Source of the DNA: Pirellulales bacterium
GTDB taxonomy: Bacteria > Planctomycetota > Planctomycetia > Pirellulales > JAICIG01
NCBI GenBank assembly: GCA_040901675.1
Contig: JBBDYJ010000020.1
Span: 1 to 64,000 of the forward strand
Length of the DNA stretch: 64,000 bases
Reading direction: 5' to 3'
Positions 61,010 to 64,000 of the stretch are shown piece by piece; within the stretch, counting starts at the first letter, position 1; each line of letters begins with the position of its first letter. Position numbers and translations under genes: made by a program. Below the pieces are notes generated by a model. It did no database searches and had not been told where the DNA came from. It saw only the letters and a list, made by a program, of their open reading frames with translations.

Positions 61010-62332
61010 TTGCCGTATCGAACCGTTGGCCGTCTGCTGGTGGTACTGCTTGCCGTGGCGGCGGCGGTGGGCGGCTACTTTGCATTCTGGCGTTACCACG
61101 TCAAGCGTTTCCAGGAAGTGCGGCCCGCGGCCTTTTACCGGGTGGCTCAACCGACGGAGTTCGGAATCCGTCATCTGGCGGAGCGCTATGGCATCAAGAC
61201 GATGCTCAGCGTGCAGCTCTACGATTTCCGCCTGCGGCGAGGGCTGCTCGACCGGGGAGCCCCCAGCGGCGACAAAGAATCGAAGTACGTCGCCTCGCTG
61301 GGCATCCGCCACGTACAGTGGCCGATGGGAGCCGAGGCGTGCTGGCCCTGGGTCACGCCCTGGCAGTTTGAAGAATTCTTCAAGCTGCTCGACGACCCCG
61401 ACAACCTGCCCGTGGCGGTTCACTGCCAGGGGGGCAGGCATCGGACCGGGACCCTCTCGGCCCTATTCCGGCTGGAGTACGACCGCTGGCCCGTCCAGCG
61501 CGCCCTCGACGAAATGCACGCCTTCGACTTCGGCCCGCCGGTGACGTTGCAAGAGCACAACCTGCGGACCTACCTGCCGCGCCCGCATCCCCAGGCCAGC
61601 GACTGGAGCATCCTGGCGGGCTATTGGCGGGGACGGCTGGGCATGCCCGAGCCTGCGGACTATGAGCAGTTGATTCGGCGCCTGCGCACGGCGCGGCCCT
61701 CGGGCAGCCTCGAAGCCGACTTGTCGCAGTACCTGGACGAGGGGCATGTCTTCGCGCTGCCGCTGGCGCAAAGGCTGATCGACGCCCCCGACGATCCGCT
61801 GGTATCCCGGGCCACTCGGCTGGCGGCCCAGTGCCTGGAAGACACCGCCGCCGCTGCGGCCGACTGGTCGGCGGCGGCCGCGCTGGTGGCGGACTTCGGC
61901 AAGCCAAGCCAGCAGCAACGCTTAAAAGACCTGCTGGGCGACGCCTCATTTCAACGGGCCTCGCCTTTGCGATTTGATCGGATCGTGGCGGGCGTGACCA
62001 ATCGCTATCGACCCAACCGCATCGCCTACTTGCTTCCGCTGTTGGAAAACGAGTCGCACCATCTCGAGGAGGCTGCTCGCCGATATCGCTATTGCGACAC
62101 GGCGGTCTCGCGGTTGTCGGCCACCATCAACATCAACTTTCGAGAGAAGGCGCCCGGGATGGGAGTGGATGCATGGAATCACGCCCGCCAGGCGGCCCGC
62201 GCCTGGTGCGACGCCAATCCACGGCAGACCAAGCCGGCCACTTTGCGGCCCGCGGCCGGCCGGACCCTGGTCCGCTCCGGCGATGGGCCGCAGGCGGAAG
62301 ACCTCAGCAAGCTGCCGGTGTTGCTGAAGTAG
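61010..62332 (+). CDS. Cys-dependent protein tyrosine/dual-specificity phosphatase family protein with an N-terminal anchor and helical C-terminal domain
   Basis: FYRVAQP, PVAVHCQGGRHRTG (CX5R), ALDEM. The TTG start is inferred. Confidence 0.85.
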   Translation: MPYRTVGRLLVVLLAVAAAVGGYFAFWRYHVKRFQEVRPAAFYRVAQPTEFGIRHLAERYGIKTMLSVQLYDFRLRRGLLDRGAPSGDKESKYVASLGIRHVQWPMGAEACWPWVTPWQFEEFFKLLDDPDNLPVAVHCQGGRHRTGTLSALFRLEYDRWPVQRALDEMHAFDFGPPVTLQEHNLRTYLPRPHPQASDWSILAGYWRGRLGMPEPADYEQLIRRLRTARPSGSLEADLSQYLDEGHVFALPLAQRLIDAPDDPLVSRATRLAAQCLEDTAAAAADWSAAAALVADFGKPSQQQRLKDLLGDASFQRASPLRFDRIVAGVTNRYRPNRIAYLLPLLENESHHLEEAARRYRYCDTAVSRLSATININFREKAPGMGVDAWNHARQAARAWCDANPRQTKPATLRPAAGRTLVRSGDGPQAEDLSKLPVLLK

Positions 62333-62333
62333 C

Positions 62334-62401
62334 TGGGGCGAACATTGGCCTTGGGGCGAACATTGGCCTTGGGGCGAACATTGGCCTTGGGGCGAACATT
62401 G
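62334..62401. repeat. Perfect 18-bp tandem repeat, about 3.8 copies
   Basis: tggggcgaacattggcct x3 plus tggggcgaacattg. Confidence 0.95.
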
Positions 62402-62407
62402 ACCCGC

Positions 62408-63700
62408 TCAGCCGGCCCACCCGATGTCGTGGCCGGGTGTTTTCTTCCGTTGCGAGCGGATTTCGTCCATCATGAAGCTGATGGCGTGGGCGTACTCGCG
62501 GACCGCCTCGCGATAGTTCTTTTTTTCCGCGGCGGCCAGCGCCCGCGAGCCGAAGCTGTTGAAGCGCGGCCAGTCGACCGACCAGTTCTCTTCGGCGGCC
62601 GCTTCGCGCAACTGGTCGACCACCTTGGCCAGCTTGTCGACGAACTCGTCGTTCGCCGGGCAGACGAGCGACTTGTGCGGCCCGCGGCCGAAGCGCGGCC
62701 CTTCGAACGGCCTGGCCGGCAACGACCCCCCCAGTTTCCGCACGGCGACAACGATTGCCGTGGCCAGCGCCGCCAGCCCGCTCACCACCGCGCCCCACGG
62801 CTGGACTGCCCACAACCCTAAGGTGACCAGGACCAAAACTCCCAAGGCCACCCACCACGCGGAATGAATCGTGGGCCGAGGACCGGCCGGCACGGCGGCG
62901 AGCATCGAGGCCCCACGGGCGGAGGGAATCGCGGCCACCTTCACCGTGATTACCGTAATGTTATCGGGGCCGCCGCGCAGGTTGGCCAGGTCGACCAGCA
63001 CCCCGACCGCCTCGTTGGGGGGCAGGCAGCCGAGGATCACGCCGATTTCCTCGTCGCTGACCTGCCCGCTGAGCCCGTCGCTGCAGAGCAGAAACGCATC
63101 GCCGGCGGCCAGCGGGAAAGGCCCTTCCAGATCAACCTGCACTTGAGGCGACGGACCGAGCGAGCGCGTGATGATGTTCTTCGGGATGTAGCTGGGGACT
63201 TCCTCCTCGCGGATCCGACCGGTGGCCATCATTTCCCAGACCAGGCTGTGGTCGAACGAGAGCTGCTCCATGCGGTTGCCACGAAGCCGGTAGACGCGGC
63301 TGTCGCCCACGTGGGCCACCATGGCCCCTTCGGGCAACAACACCAGGACGCTGGCCGTCGTCCCCATGCCGCGGAAGTCGAGATTCGCCTGCCCGCGCAG
63401 ATGAATTCGGGCGTTGGCGTCCTCGATCGCCTTGCGGATGGCGGTCGCCGGCGGTTCCTCGTGCAGCTTGTAGTAGGTGTGCGGGACCGTGTCGACCGCC
63501 ATCTTGCTGGCCAGTTCGCCCGCCGCATGGGCGCCCATGCCGTCGGCCACCATGAACAAATGGCCGCGGCGAGCCCACGTTTCGGCATTCGGGGCGGTGA
63601 TGACCGCCAAGGCGTCCTGGTTGTTCGAGCGGCGAAGTCCCACGTCGCTCTGGGCCGCATGCTCCAGTCCGCTCGCCCAATTGACCGATTGTTCGTCCAT
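62408..63700 (-). CDS. PP2C-family (Stp1/PrpC-like) Ser/Thr phosphatase with a C-terminal TM hairpin
   Basis: SDVGLRRSNNQD, VADGMG, GMGTT, HVGDSR, ITRSLG, LCSDGL, GGPDNIT. Confidence 0.94.
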   Translation of the reverse strand: MDEQSVNWASGLEHAAQSDVGLRRSNNQDALAVITAPNAETWARRGHLFMVADGMGAHAAGELASKMAVDTVPHTYYKLHEEPPATAIRKAIEDANARIHLRGQANLDFRGMGTTASVLVLLPEGAMVAHVGDSRVYRLRGNRMEQLSFDHSLVWEMMATGRIREEEVPSYIPKNIITRSLGPSPQVQVDLEGPFPLAAGDAFLLCSDGLSGQVSDEEIGVILGCLPPNEAVGVLVDLANLRGGPDNITVITVKVAAIPSARGASMLAAVPAGPRPTIHSAWWVALGVLVLVTLGLWAVQPWGAVVSGLAALATAIVVAVRKLGGSLPARPFEGPRFGRGPHKSLVCPANDEFVDKLAKVVDQLREAAAEENWSVDWPRFNSFGSRALAAAEKKNYREAVREYAHAISFMMDEIRSQRKKTPGHDIGWAG

Positions 63701-63894
63701 TTAGCTCGAGAGGGGGGAGAGGGCCCGGCGGCGCATTGGCAGGACTTGGTCGGCCCCAAGGCGATTCTAACCCGTTCACCCGGCAAGCAATAGAGCCGGA
63801 CAGAAGGCGGTCTGGACGTTTTTGCGTCGGCGAGGCTATAATCCCGCCCGTTTTTTGTCCGTGGCGGCCGGATCCCATCTCTGAAAGCTGGCCT

Positions 63895-64000
63895 GTGGAA
63901 TCCCTTGCAAAACCAGGACGGCGTCGGGCCGGCCGCGTGGCCTTGATCGCGCTGCTTGTTTCGAGCGCGGCCTCTGGATGTGTGCAGCGGCGGTTGACCA
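63895..64000 (+). CDS. N-terminus of a putative lipoprotein (possibly PEGA-domain), truncated by the window edge
   Basis: GTG..RRRAGRVALIALLVSSAASGCVQRRLT with lipobox ASGC; tataat at 63837-63842 upstream. Confidence 0.55.
   Translation, partial: MESLAKPGRRRAGRVALIALLVSSAASGCVQRRLT

Noticed and set aside
62334..62401. 18-bp repeats as a mini-CRISPR array
   Set aside because: The units are contiguous with no spacers, are too short, and no cas genes are present.

Overview
High-GC chromosomal window, most likely from a planctomycete (Pirellulales-like). This is inferred from a DUF1559/H-X9-DG remnant, the style of the Rhs fragment, and several lineage-typical hypothetical proteins. It is mostly housekeeping: gltX, mscS, a PfkB kinase, thpR-recA, an HtrA-like protease, alaS, rpmF-fabD-fabG-acpP-fabF, sodA, purF, proB, long-form nagB, lexA and an LptF/G permease. 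Signalling genes include a hybrid kinase, an HD-PAS-GGDEF protein, GAF-SpoIIE, a kinase plus sigma54 regulator pair, a PTP and a PP2C. Small accessory patches are interspersed: an orphan Rhs fragment, a YwqK/MORN remnant, a VapBC45-like TA pair, a deleted DUF1559 gene, a low-GC two-domain gene between duplicated gene ends, and a NYN RNase gene. Intergenic DNA carries several GTAG-type REP/REPIN families and 7/8/14/18-bp tandem repeats. I found no rRNA, tRNA, CRISPR array, integrase or transposase. The best leads are: (1) a consensus promoter, a ~60-nt two-hairpin RNA and a terminator directly before the NYN RNase (type III TA-like layout); (2) a candidate shared LexA box, TRWAC-N4-GTWYA, twice over each of the recA and lexA promoters; (3) duplicated 3' gene ends flanking inserted DNA at 30.8-32.4 kb; (4) a FabF paralogue with Cys->Glu and His->Asn (chain-length-factor-like); (5) a probable ATC start codon for the sigma54 regulator. 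All assignments come from reading motifs by eye; no searches were run.
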